This document shows positions 46,064-53,434 of a stretch of DNA of 64,000 nucleotides, piece by piece. Under the pieces are notes generated by a model. The model was not told where the DNA came from. It did not search any database and was given only the letters and a program-made list of their open reading frames with translations. The stretch is from Acidimicrobiaceae bacterium. GTDB taxonomy: Bacteria > Actinomycetota > Acidimicrobiia > Acidimicrobiales > JAUTXP01. The position numbers were made by a program, and so were the translations under genes. Position 1 is the stretch's first letter; every line of letters starts with the position of its first letter. Location: the NCBI GenBank assembly GCA_030837965.1, contig JAUTXP010000013.1, forward strand, positions 11,080 to 75,079. Direction: 5' to 3'.

Positions 46064-47772
46064 TGCGGGCTCCCATTCGTGTAGCGGTCGATGCGTCGGG
46101 ACACGGCCTGGCTGGTGAGCCTGGCCGTCGACTGGAAGGTGACGATCTGGCTCGCCCCCTCGCCGCTCTTGGTCGAGTTGGGCACCCACAGTCCGGTGAA
46201 CTCGGTGAGGTCGCCGATGCGGAACAGCCAGCGGGCCGTCGACGTCTGGTCGAAGCCCTTGCCCTGGAACGTGATCTGGCCGATGCCCGCGGCCGCAGTC
46301 GGCGTGCCCGCGGCCACCGGCGTCCCTGGTGCCGTCTCGGCCGCCTTTTGGCCTTGGAAGCTGACCAGCCACACGTCGGCCGGGATGACGGTGGCGATGT
46401 CGTTGAACACCCGCGTCCAGGCCACGTCGTTGCGCAGCACGCCGGTGACTTGGGCTTGACGCTGCTGGAGGTCGGTCTGGAGGGTGGTCACGTCCTGGAG
46501 CCGGGCCAGTTCGGCCTGGCGCTGGGCCGCGACCTGCTCGGCCTCCCGGGCCTTGCCCTTCTCCGTTTTCACCTTGCCCTGCTGGGCCAGCCAAAGGGCC
46601 AGGAGGAGGGCGGCCACGCCGCCCACGCCCACGAACGCGGCCGCGGCCTGGCGGCGCTGCTCGCGCACCACGGCCACTTCCTGGGGCAGCAGCGAGATGC
46701 GGCGCACGCCCTTGGTCGGCTCACCGGCCAAGGCCAGGCCGATGGGCACCGTCATCAACGGCTCGTACTCGGCGAGCTGGGCCTGCGACAGGCGCACGGC
46801 ACCGATCTTCAATCCGGCCAGCGGATGAGCGGGCTCGACCCGTCCACCCAGTTGCGACTGGAGCCGCTCCATGAGACCGGGGAGGCGGCTGCCGCCGCCG
46901 GTCACCAGCACCCGCCCGATGGGCGACGACTGCGACTGGGCCAGGTAGTAGTCGAGCGAGCCGCGGATCTCCTCGACCAGCGGGCTCAGCCGATCGGACA
47001 CGACCTGGCCGGCGCGGGCCAAGGACGCGTCGCCCGAGCCGATGTCGGCTCTGCGCTTGAGGTCTTCAGCGCTGTCCAGGTCGACGTCGAGGTCGCGGGC
47101 GATGGCCTCGGTCACGTCGTCGCCCCCGACCAGCAGGACGCGCACGAAGCGGGGGATGCCCTGCTCGTGCACGACCACGTTGGTGACGCCGCCGCCGATG
47201 CACACGATGGCCTCGGCGCTGCCGTCGGTCGTGAAGGACTGGGTGGTGCGGTCGAACAAGGACCGGACCAAGGCGAAGGGGATGACGTCGACCGCGGTGG
47301 CCGACAGGCCCGCGCCCTGCACCGCGGCCAGATGGGTCCTGACCATGTCCCGCTGGGCCGCGGCCAGCAGGATGCGCATGCGGGGCTCGCCGTCCGGGCT
47401 CACCAGCTCCTCGAGGATCTGGGAGTCGAGGATGGCGTCCTCCACCGGGATGGGGATGAGTTCTTGGGCCTCGAACTGGAGGGCGGCGCGCAGGTCCTGC
47501 TCGGTCATCTGCGGCAGCTCGGCCTGGCGCACGATGACGCGCTGGTTGGCCACGCCGACCACGACCCGCTTGGTCTTGAAGCCGCCCTCGCTCCACAGCC
47601 GCTTGATGGCGGCGGACACGGCGCCGACATCGGCCACCTCGCCGTCGCGAATGGCGCCGGGGGGCAGCGTCACCTGGGCGAAGCGCACGAGGGTGGGCTG
47701 CCCGCCGACCTGGAGCTCGACGGCCCGCACTGCGTAGGTGCCGAGATCGAGTCCAACGACCCTGGTCGGCAT
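46060..47772 (-). CDS. pilM: Fused PilM-PilN
   Basis: Actin-like PilM (VGLDLG, AQELIPIP, CIGGGVT, EIRGSLDYY, TGGGS, IGLAL) continues in frame into PilN (ISLLP, TM, WTRVFNDIATVIPADVWL). Confidence 0.9.
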   Translation of the reverse strand: MPTRVVGLDLGTYAVRAVELQVGGQPTLVRFAQVTLPPGAIRDGEVADVGAVSAAIKRLWSEGGFKTKRVVVGVANQRVIVRQAELPQMTEQDLRAALQFEAQELIPIPVEDAILDSQILEELVSPDGEPRMRILLAAAQRDMVRTHLAAVQGAGLSATAVDVIPFALVRSLFDRTTQSFTTDGSAEAIVCIGGGVTNVVVHEQGIPRFVRVLLVGGDDVTEAIARDLDVDLDSAEDLKRRADIGSGDASLARAGQVVSDRLSPLVEEIRGSLDYYLAQSQSSPIGRVLVTGGGSRLPGLMERLQSQLGGRVEPAHPLAGLKIGAVRLSQAQLAEYEPLMTVPIGLALAGEPTKGVRRISLLPQEVAVVREQRRQAAAAFVGVGGVAALLLALWLAQQGKVKTEKGKAREAEQVAAQRQAELARLQDVTTLQTDLQQRQAQVTGVLRNDVAWTRVFNDIATVIPADVWLVSFQGQKAAETAPGTPVAAGTPTAAAGIGQITFQGKGFDQTSTARWLFRIGDLTEFTGLWVPNSTKSGEGASQIVTFQSTARLTSQAVSRRIDRYTNGSPQ

Positions 47773-47978
47773 CAGGAGTTGCCTCGCTTCAAGTAGGCGT
47801 TCACGTCTTCCTCGGTGAGCCGGTAGCTGCGGCCCACGCGGGCCGAGCGAAGCTCGCCGGAGGTGATGAGTCGGTAGACCGTCATCTTGGAGACCCGCAG
47901 CAGGTGCGCGACCTCAGCAACCTTCAGCCAGCGCTGCTCGGAGTTGGTGGGCACGTGGGTGGACACGTGGGTGGACAT
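47772..47978 (-). CDS. Small BldC/Xis-like (HTH_17) DNA-binding protein
   Basis: LKVAEVAHLLRVSKMTVYRLITSGELRSARVGRSYRL; TGA overlaps pilM ATG. Confidence 0.88.
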   Translation of the reverse strand: MSTHVSTHVPTNSEQRWLKVAEVAHLLRVSKMTVYRLITSGELRSARVGRSYRLTEEDVNAYLKRGNS

Positions 47979-48037
47979 GTCGGCCTCGATCTGGGCGAGC
48001 GCCGCCCGCTTTTCGGGAACTCTACGCACTCCTCGCT

Positions 48038-48064
48038 ACATCGTCAACAAATTGCACGCCTTGA
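48038..48064 (-). promoter_or_regulatory. Sigma-28-like promoter for HTH-pilMN-pilO operon
   Basis: TCAAG-N16-CGATGT, embedded in 9-bp-phased TnnAC repeats. Confidence 0.5.
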
Positions 48065-48132
48065 ACATCTTTCACTGCGGTGCACATTGGCCCCAGCACC
48101 CCCACCACCCCCTCCCCCGACCCCCCTTTCAT

Positions 48133-48163
48133 CTTTTCCACAGCAGCAGGTGCTGTGGAAAAG
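48133..48163. repeat. 31-bp palindromic REP-like element, copy 6 (inverted loop)
   Basis: CTTTTCCACAGCA-GCAGG-TGCTGTGGAAAAG right after pilD stop. Confidence 0.95.
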
Positions 48164-48164
48164 A

Positions 48165-48935
48165 TCAGAGGCCGTACCAGCGGAGGATGGGGCCGCCCGC
48201 GAACACGGCCAGCACGGCGCCCGCGGCCAGGAACGGGCCGAACGGGATGCGGTCCTTGCGGCTCCTGACCTTGGCTGCGATGAGGGCCAGGCCGATCACG
48301 CTCGACGTCAAGAAGGCGAGGAACAGCCCCACGAGGACGTAGCCGACGCCGAGCCAGCCCAGGGCCACCCCGTTCAGCCCGGACAGGCGCACGTCGCCGA
48401 AGGCCATGCCCTTGGGGACGGCGAAGTGGACGAGGAACAGCAGCACGAACCCGAGGGCGCCCCCGGCCCCGGCCCGGGCCAAGTCGTCCCACCGGCCGGT
48501 CAGGGCGGCGGCGCCGACCAGCAGCACAGCCAGCCCGGCCAGCGTGGGGTACACGACGCGGATGGGCAGGAGCTGGTGATCGAGGTCGATGGCGCTCAAC
48601 ACGACGAGGCCGGCCACCCACACGAGGAAGGCGGGCAGGGCCCAGTCGGCGCCGAAGCGGGCCGCGACCGCCGCGAACAAAGCGCCGGTGAGCAATTCGA
48701 CCAGCGGGTAGCGGGCCGAGATCGGATTGGCGCAGAAGTGGCACTTGCCCCGCAGGGCCAGCCACGAGACGACCGGGATGTTGTCGATGCTGCGCAACTG
48801 GTTCCCGCAGTTGGGACAGTGCGAGCGCGGGTGCACGATCGACTCCCGGCGCGGCACCCGCCAGATGACCACGTTGAGGAACGATCCGACCAGCAGGCCG
48901 AACACCGCGCATCCGGCCACGAGGAACGCGGTCAT
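48165..48935 (-). CDS. pilD: Prepilin peptidase/N-methyltransferase (A24)
   Basis: GSFLNVVIWRVP, RSHCPNC..DNIPVVSWLALRGKCHFC, ISARYPLVEL, AIDLD, GMAFGDVRL, IPFGPFL. Confidence 0.95.
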   Translation of the reverse strand: MTAFLVAGCAVFGLLVGSFLNVVIWRVPRRESIVHPRSHCPNCGNQLRSIDNIPVVSWLALRGKCHFCANPISARYPLVELLTGALFAAVAARFGADWALPAFLVWVAGLVVLSAIDLDHQLLPIRVVYPTLAGLAVLLVGAAALTGRWDDLARAGAGGALGFVLLFLVHFAVPKGMAFGDVRLSGLNGVALGWLGVGYVLVGLFLAFLTSSVIGLALIAAKVRSRKDRIPFGPFLAAGAVLAVFAGGPILRWYGL

Positions 48936-49017
48936 GCGCGATTCCTAACAGTCGGCGGCGTGGCCGACGCGGACCGGTTTGAAGCGCAGGCCTCGGACCT
49001 CAGAGTCTCGGACGCGA

Positions 49018-49048
49018 GAGCGGGCGGACCCGAAGGCCCGCCCGCTTC
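49018..49048 (-). terminator. 3' hairpin after pilin A
   Basis: AGCGGGCGGGCC-TTCG-GGTCCGCCCGCT; no long U-tract. Confidence 0.7.
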
Positions 49049-49066
49049 GAACTGACTGCCGGTTGC

Positions 49067-49564
49067 CTACCAGCCGGTCTTCACTCCGGTGATGGTCGCC
49101 GACGTGCCGTCCTCGCCGTTGCAGGTGAGGTCGGCCTTGTAGAAGTAGGTCCCCGCGGCGCCGCCGATGGCCACTTCGAGGACGCTGAAGCTGGTACCCG
49201 ACTTCGACACCTTGCCGATGCAGACGCCGTTGTTGTCGCCCGCGGTGACCGCCGGCTTCAGGGCCACGCCCACGGCCGCGGTGGTGCCGCTGCCCGCCAC
49301 GTAGGTGAGGGCCGACTCGATGCCGGTCAGAGTGCCGACGGTGGCCGTGTAGGCCTGGTTGTCGGTGTAGAAGGTCTTCTCCGCGGTCAGCGCGTTGCGG
49401 ATGTCGGATTGCGCGGCCCGGTCCTGGGCCCGCTGGCGGGCGCCGAGGAAGGTCGGGATGGCAATGGCCAACAAGATGGCGATGATCAGCACCACGACCA
49501 TGAGCTCGATGAGGGTGAAGCCGTCCTCGTCGCGCTCCAGCCGCTTGCGCAGGGTGTGAAGCAT
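49067..49564 (-). CDS. Major type IV pilin paralog A (165 aa)
   Basis: EDG|FTLIELMVVVLIIAILLAIAIPTF; C-terminal Cys pair; SD AAAGGA. Confidence 0.95.
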   Translation of the reverse strand: MLHTLRKRLERDEDGFTLIELMVVVLIIAILLAIAIPTFLGARQRAQDRAAQSDIRNALTAEKTFYTDNQAYTATVGTLTGIESALTYVAGSGTTAAVGVALKPAVTAGDNNGVCIGKVSKSGTSFSVLEVAIGGAAGTYFYKADLTCNGEDGTSATITGVKTGW

Positions 49565-49653
49565 GTGGGTCTTCCTTTCGTGACTGCTGTGCAATTGACG
49601 GGGATACGAGCCCTGCTCCCCACCCTCTCGGGTCCCCGCAGTCACGGGGCGGT

Positions 49654-49749
49654 CCTCCAGGCGGCTCGGCCGGCCTTCCGTCGTCGTTGACGGTGTGGGC
49701 CCCGGAGCTTTGCGTCCCCGCCTTCCGACGGGTTTGCCATTGACAAGAG
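49654..49749 (-). ncRNA. Cyclic di-GMP-I (GEMM-I) riboswitch, copy A
   Basis: GGCAAA-CCCGTC-GGAA-GGCGGG-GACGCAAAGC...GCCGAGCCGCC matches the GEMM core GGCAAACC..GNRA..GGGACGCAAAGC. Confidence 0.9.
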
Positions 49750-49767
49750 CGACTGCTCGCAAGACAG

Positions 49768-49795
49768 GTATCGCCCCTGGCGCGCGTTGACTTGA
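49768..49795 (-). promoter_or_regulatory. Sigma-28-like promoter of pilin A cassette
   Basis: TCAAG-N17-CGATAC. Confidence 0.75.
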
Positions 49796-49865
49796 GTGCT
49801 TTTCGCGCCCAACGCGGCCGAATGACTAGGTGCTTCGAAAGCGCCTGCGCCTCGCCCCGGGACGC

Positions 49866-49899
49866 GAAGAGGGCGGGCCCCGAAGGGCCCGCCCTCTTC
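49866..49899 (-). terminator. 3' hairpin after pilin B
   Basis: Perfect 15-bp stem GAAGAGGGCGGGCCC-TTCG-GGGCCCGCCCTCTTC. Confidence 0.8.
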
Positions 49900-49915
49900 A
49901 TCAAGCAGGTGTGGC

Positions 49916-50413
49916 TTACCAGCCGGTCTTCACACCGGTGATGGTGGCCGACGTGCCGTCCTCACCGTTGCAGGTCAGGTTGGCCTTGTAGTAGTAGGTC
50001 CCGGCTGCGGTGCCGGTCGCGACCTCGAGCATGCTGAAGTTCGTGCCCGACTTGGACACCTTGCCGATGCAGACGGCGTTGTTGTCAGCGGCAACCATGG
50101 CCGGCTTCAGGACGACGCCGACCGCGGCCGTGGTGCCGTTGCCTGCGGCATAGGTCAGCGAGGACTCGATGCCGGTCAGGGTGGCGACGGTGGCCGTATA
50201 GGCCTGGTTGTCGGTGTAGTACGTCTTCTCAGCCGTGAGGGTGTTGCGGATGTCGCTCTGGGCCGCACGGTCCTGGGCCCGCTGACGGGCGCCGAGGAAG
50301 GTGGGGATGGCGATCGCCAACAGGATGGCAATGATCAGCACGACGACCATGAGCTCGATGAGGGTGAAGCCGTCCTCATCCCGCTCCAGCCGCTTGCGCA
50401 GGGTATGAAGCAT
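49916..50413 (-). CDS. Major type IV pilin paralog B (165 aa)
   Basis: First 57 aa identical to A and C; variable C-terminal domain; SD AAAGGA. Confidence 0.95.
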   Translation of the reverse strand: MLHTLRKRLERDEDGFTLIELMVVVLIIAILLAIAIPTFLGARQRAQDRAAQSDIRNTLTAEKTYYTDNQAYTATVATLTGIESSLTYAAGNGTTAAVGVVLKPAMVAADNNAVCIGKVSKSGTNFSMLEVATGTAAGTYYYKANLTCNGEDGTSATITGVKTGW

Positions 50414-50499
50414 TTGGATTGTTGTCCTTTCGTGACTGCAATTGACGGGTTGCGAGTCCTGCTCCCACCCTCTCGGGCTCCCCGCAGTCACGGGGCGGT

Positions 50500-50594
50500 C
50501 CTCCAGGCAGCTCGGCCGGCCTTCCTCTCCGCCGAGAGGGATGGGCTCCGTGGCTTTGCGTCCCCGCCTTCCAACGGGTTTGCCTTTGTCAGAG
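50500..50594 (-). ncRNA. Cyclic di-GMP-I (GEMM-I) riboswitch, copy B
   Basis: GGCAAA-CCCGTT-GGAA-GGCGGG-GACGCAAAGCCACGG...GCCGAGCTGCC; distal P3 CCTCTC/GAGAGG replaces CCGTC/GACGG. Confidence 0.9.
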
Positions 50595-50612
50595 CGACTG
50601 CTCGCAAGACAG

Positions 50613-50640
50613 GTATCGCCACCGCCATGGCCCGCCTTGA
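50613..50640 (-). promoter_or_regulatory. Sigma-28-like promoter of pilin B cassette
   Basis: TCAAG-N17-CGATAC, spacer sequence different from copy A. Confidence 0.75.
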
Positions 50641-50666
50641 GCGAATTCTCTCGATAGGGCATGACA

Positions 50667-50698
50667 GAGCGGCGGACCCCCGAGGGGGCCCGCCGCTC
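50667..50698 (-). terminator. 3' hairpin after pilin C
   Basis: GAGCGGCGGGCCCC-CTCG-GGGGTCCGCCGCTC. Confidence 0.75.
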
Positions 50699-50733
50699 GT
50701 GCACGACAAAAGCTGTGCAGTAAGGAGTGCTGC

Positions 50734-51231
50734 CTACCAGCCGGTCTTGACGCCGACCGTCGGGGCGGCCGCGCCGTCCTCGCCGGAGCAGCTCAAGCTG
50801 GCCTTGTAGTAGTAGGTGCCTGCATTGGTTCCGGAGGCCACGTCGAGGACGCTGAAGTTGGCGCCCGACTTCGAAGCCTTCGAGATGCAGATGCCGTTGT
50901 TGTCACCAGCGACGGTGCCCGCCTTGAGGGCGACGCCGACCGCAGCCGTGGTGCCGTTGCCGGCCACATAGGTGAGGGCGGCCTCGATGCCGGACAGGGT
51001 GGCCGTGGTGGCCGTGTAGACCTGATTGTCGGTGTAGAAGGTCTTCTCGGCAGTCAGGGCATTGCGGATGTCGCTTTGGGCCGCACGGTCCTGGGCCCGC
51101 TGGCGGGCGCCGAGGAAGGTCGGGATGGCGATCGCCAAGAGGATGGCGATGATGAGCACGACGACCATGAGCTCGATGAGGGTGAAGCCGTCCTCATCCC
51201 GCTCCAGCCGCTTGCGCAAGGTGTGAAGCAT
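50734..51231 (-). CDS. Major type IV pilin paralog C (165 aa)
   Basis: Same N-terminus; most divergent C-terminal domain. Confidence 0.95.
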   Translation of the reverse strand: MLHTLRKRLERDEDGFTLIELMVVVLIIAILLAIAIPTFLGARQRAQDRAAQSDIRNALTAEKTFYTDNQVYTATTATLSGIEAALTYVAGNGTTAAVGVALKAGTVAGDNNGICISKASKSGANFSVLDVASGTNAGTYYYKASLSCSGEDGAAAPTVGVKTGW

Positions 51232-51311
51232 CTGGGTTCCTTTCGTGACTGCAATGGATGTGCGAGTCGCTGGCCCCTTGCCCTCTCGGGTCCCCGCAGT
51301 CACGGGGCGGT

Positions 51312-51407
51312 CCTCCAGGCAGCTCGGCCGGCCTTCCGTCGCCGTTGACGGTGTGGGCCCCGGTGCTTTGCGTCCCCGTCTCCCAACGGGTTTGCCCTTG
51401 TTCGAAG
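51312..51407 (-). ncRNA. Cyclic di-GMP-I (GEMM-I) riboswitch, copy C
   Basis: GGGCAAA-CCCGTT-GGGA-GACGGG-GACGCAAAGCACCGG...GCCGAGCTGCC. Confidence 0.9.
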
Positions 51408-51424
51408 CACTGCTCGCATGCCTG

Positions 51425-51453
51425 GTATCGGACGGTTCGCGACCACCCCTTGA
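51425..51453 (-). promoter_or_regulatory. Sigma-28-like promoter of pilin C cassette
   Basis: TCAAG-N18-CGATAC. Confidence 0.7.
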
Positions 51454-51555
51454 GCGGCGAGATGTCGAATGACTCGTTGGGACTAGCCGGTCCATAGTCA
51501 GGCCCGGTCGACAGCCCGGGCGCGCCAGTGGCCGCCCCGGAGGCGGCCAAATGAG

Positions 51556-51588
51556 CAAGCGAGGTACAAGCGACGTGCAAGCCACATG
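51556..51588. repeat. Three 11-bp direct repeats upstream of pilin array
   Basis: CAAGCGAGGTA / CAAGCGACGTG / CAAGCCACATG. Confidence 0.7.
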
Positions 51589-51629
51589 CGCGCCCTCGCC
51601 TTCTTGTCGGGACGCGCCGGCTGGGGGTT

Positions 51630-51648
51630 GAACTGAGCCTGACAAGAA
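51630..51648. promoter_or_regulatory. 19-bp motif GAACTGAGCCTGACAAGAA shared with 44471-44489
   Basis: 18/19 identity. Confidence 0.55.
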
Positions 51649-51687
51649 GCGGGGCTCGGCGGGGCTCGGCGGGGTCGGCGCGGCGGG

Positions 51688-52185
51688 CTAGTTGGGCCAG
51701 GCGCTCTGCCAGCCGGGGTCGGTGATCAACGGGACCGAGCAGGTGGCGCCGCTGGGCACGACGGCCTGATAGTGGGTGCCGGTCGACGAGCCCGACATGA
51801 TGTCGCGCAGGTAGTAGCAGCGTCCGGCCTTGCTGCGGCCCACCACAACCACGGTCTGGGCCGTGCTCGGGTAGTCCTGCACCTCGATGTAGACGACGCC
51901 GGGCGCCTCGGACCCGTCGAGCGCGGAGTTGGTCCACTGGAGCGCGGGCTCCAACGTCCGCATGGCTACAGGGTCCGCCGTGTAGCTCTGCTTCTCGTTG
52001 TAGTAGACGCGCGCCGCGGTGAAGGCGTTGCGCACGTTGGACGCCACCGCCCTGTCGTTGGCCGTCTTCTTGGCCCCCATAAAGGTCGGGATGGCCACGC
52101 CCAACAGCACGGCGATGATCAGCACCACCACCATGAGCTCGATCAGGCTGAAGCCGTCCTCGGTCCCCTGCCCCCCTGCGTGCAC
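51688..52185 (-). CDS. Fourth type IV pilin (divergent, no riboswitch)
   Basis: EDG|FSLIELMVVVLIIAVLLGVAIPTF; GTG start inferred just after pilC stop. Confidence 0.88.
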   Translation of the reverse strand: MHAGGQGTEDGFSLIELMVVVLIIAVLLGVAIPTFMGAKKTANDRAVASNVRNAFTAARVYYNEKQSYTADPVAMRTLEPALQWTNSALDGSEAPGVVYIEVQDYPSTAQTVVVVGRSKAGRCYYLRDIMSGSSTGTHYQAVVPSGATCSVPLITDPGWQSAWPN

Positions 52186-52199
52186 CGGTTTCCGCCCGT

Positions 52200-53423
52200 C
52201 TACTTGATGAGCTTGATGATGTTGAACATCGGCATGTAGAGCGACACGACCATGCCGCCGACGGCGCCGCCGAGGACGACGATGAGGGCAGGCTCGAGCA
52301 GCGACGTCAACGCGGCCACGGTGGCCTCGACCTCTTGCTCGTAGAACTCGCCGATCTTGTCGAGCATGGTGTCGACCGCGCCCGTCTCTTCGCCCACGGC
52401 CAGCATCTGCGTGACCATGGCCGGGAAGATGGCGTGCTCGGCCATGCGCTTGGCGATGGGCTCGCCCTGCTTCACGCCGTCCTGCACGTCGTGCACGGCG
52501 CGCGAGGCCACGGTGTTGCCCACCGTGTCGGCCGTGATCTCCAACGACTCGAGGATGGGGACGCCGGAGCGCAGCAGCGAGGCCAGCGTGCGGGCGAAGC
52601 GGGTGAGCGCCGTCTTGTGCACGAGCTTGCCGAAGACCGGCACCTTCAGCTTGAAGGCGTCGAACACGGCCCGGCCCTTGTCGGTCTCGATCCACCGCTT
52701 GAACAAAAAGACGGACACGGCCATGAGCACCAGCACGATGGGGAAGGCGGTGACCAGCACAGAGGACACCAGCAGCAGCAACCGGGTCGGCAGCGGCAGC
52801 GTCCCGCCCAAGTCGTGGTAGAGGCCCTTGAACATCGGGACGATGAACAACAGCATGGCCGTGACGATGCACAGCACCAGGGCCAGCACCGCGACCGGGT
52901 AGGTCATGGCCGACTTGATCTTGTGCTTCAGCTCGACCTGCTTTTCGAGCGTGTCGGCCAACTGCAACAGCGTCTGGTCGAGCACGCCGCCGGTCTCGCC
53001 CGCCCGCACCATGGCGATGTAGAGGCGGCTGAACACCTTGGGATGGCGGCCCATGGCCTGGGAGAGCGACGAGCCCTTCTCCACGTCTTGGCGCACCTCG
53101 TGGACCACGCCGGCCAAGGCCTTGCTCTCGGTCTGCTCGGCCAGGATGTTCAAGGCGCGAAGCAGCGAGAGGCCCGAGTCGATCATGGTGGCGAACTGGC
53201 GGTTGAACACGGCCAGGTCCTTGAGCTTGACCTTGCCCGCGCCCATGCCAGGGATGCGCAGCTCCTTCTGGAGCCCGCCCGTGGCCTTCTTGTCGATGGC
53301 CAGCGGGACGTAGCCCATCTGGCGCAGCTTGTTGGCGACCAGCGTGGTCGAGTCGGCCTCGAGGGACCCCTCGAGCACCTTCCCCTGCTTGTCGCGGACC
53401 TTGTACTGGTAGGTCTCAGCCAT
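52200..53423 (-). CDS. pilC: Type IV pilus platform protein PilC (GspF family)
   Basis: FNRQFATMIDSG, AGETGGVL, KIKSAMTYP, FARTLASLLRSGVP, GEETG, LLEP, YMPMF. Confidence 0.96.
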   Translation of the reverse strand: MAETYQYKVRDKQGKVLEGSLEADSTTLVANKLRQMGYVPLAIDKKATGGLQKELRIPGMGAGKVKLKDLAVFNRQFATMIDSGLSLLRALNILAEQTESKALAGVVHEVRQDVEKGSSLSQAMGRHPKVFSRLYIAMVRAGETGGVLDQTLLQLADTLEKQVELKHKIKSAMTYPVAVLALVLCIVTAMLLFIVPMFKGLYHDLGGTLPLPTRLLLLVSSVLVTAFPIVLVLMAVSVFLFKRWIETDKGRAVFDAFKLKVPVFGKLVHKTALTRFARTLASLLRSGVPILESLEITADTVGNTVASRAVHDVQDGVKQGEPIAKRMAEHAIFPAMVTQMLAVGEETGAVDTMLDKIGEFYEQEVEATVAALTSLLEPALIVVLGGAVGGMVVSLYMPMFNIIKLIK

Positions 53424-53434
53424 CTCTTCGTCTC

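Noticed and set aside
47772-47978. Excisionase-like gene as evidence of a prophage or ICE
   Set aside because: No integrase, att-like repeats or phage genes; it is coupled to pilM and resembles chromosomal BldC-like regulators.
50414-50499. Post-aptamer module as a ydaO/c-di-AMP riboswitch (GCGGGGAGCCC..GGGTG..AACCCGTCA)
   Set aside because: Too short, lacks the GAAT and GCTAAC elements, and CCCGTCA is absent in copy C.
49654-51407. Riboswitches as c-AMP-GMP (GEMM-Ib) variants like those on Geobacter pilin/cytochrome genes
   Set aside because: All three have G, not A, at the G20-equivalent position (GGCAAA), favouring c-di-GMP; only a binding assay is decisive.
49018-51453. Pilin triplication as an assembly artefact
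   Set aside because: Copies differ by many synonymous and compensatory substitutions and have different spacers and hairpins.
49822-51473. ATGAC upstream of each pilin -35
   Set aside because: Distance to the promoter varies (27, 21, 16 bp) and the word is short, so chance is likely.
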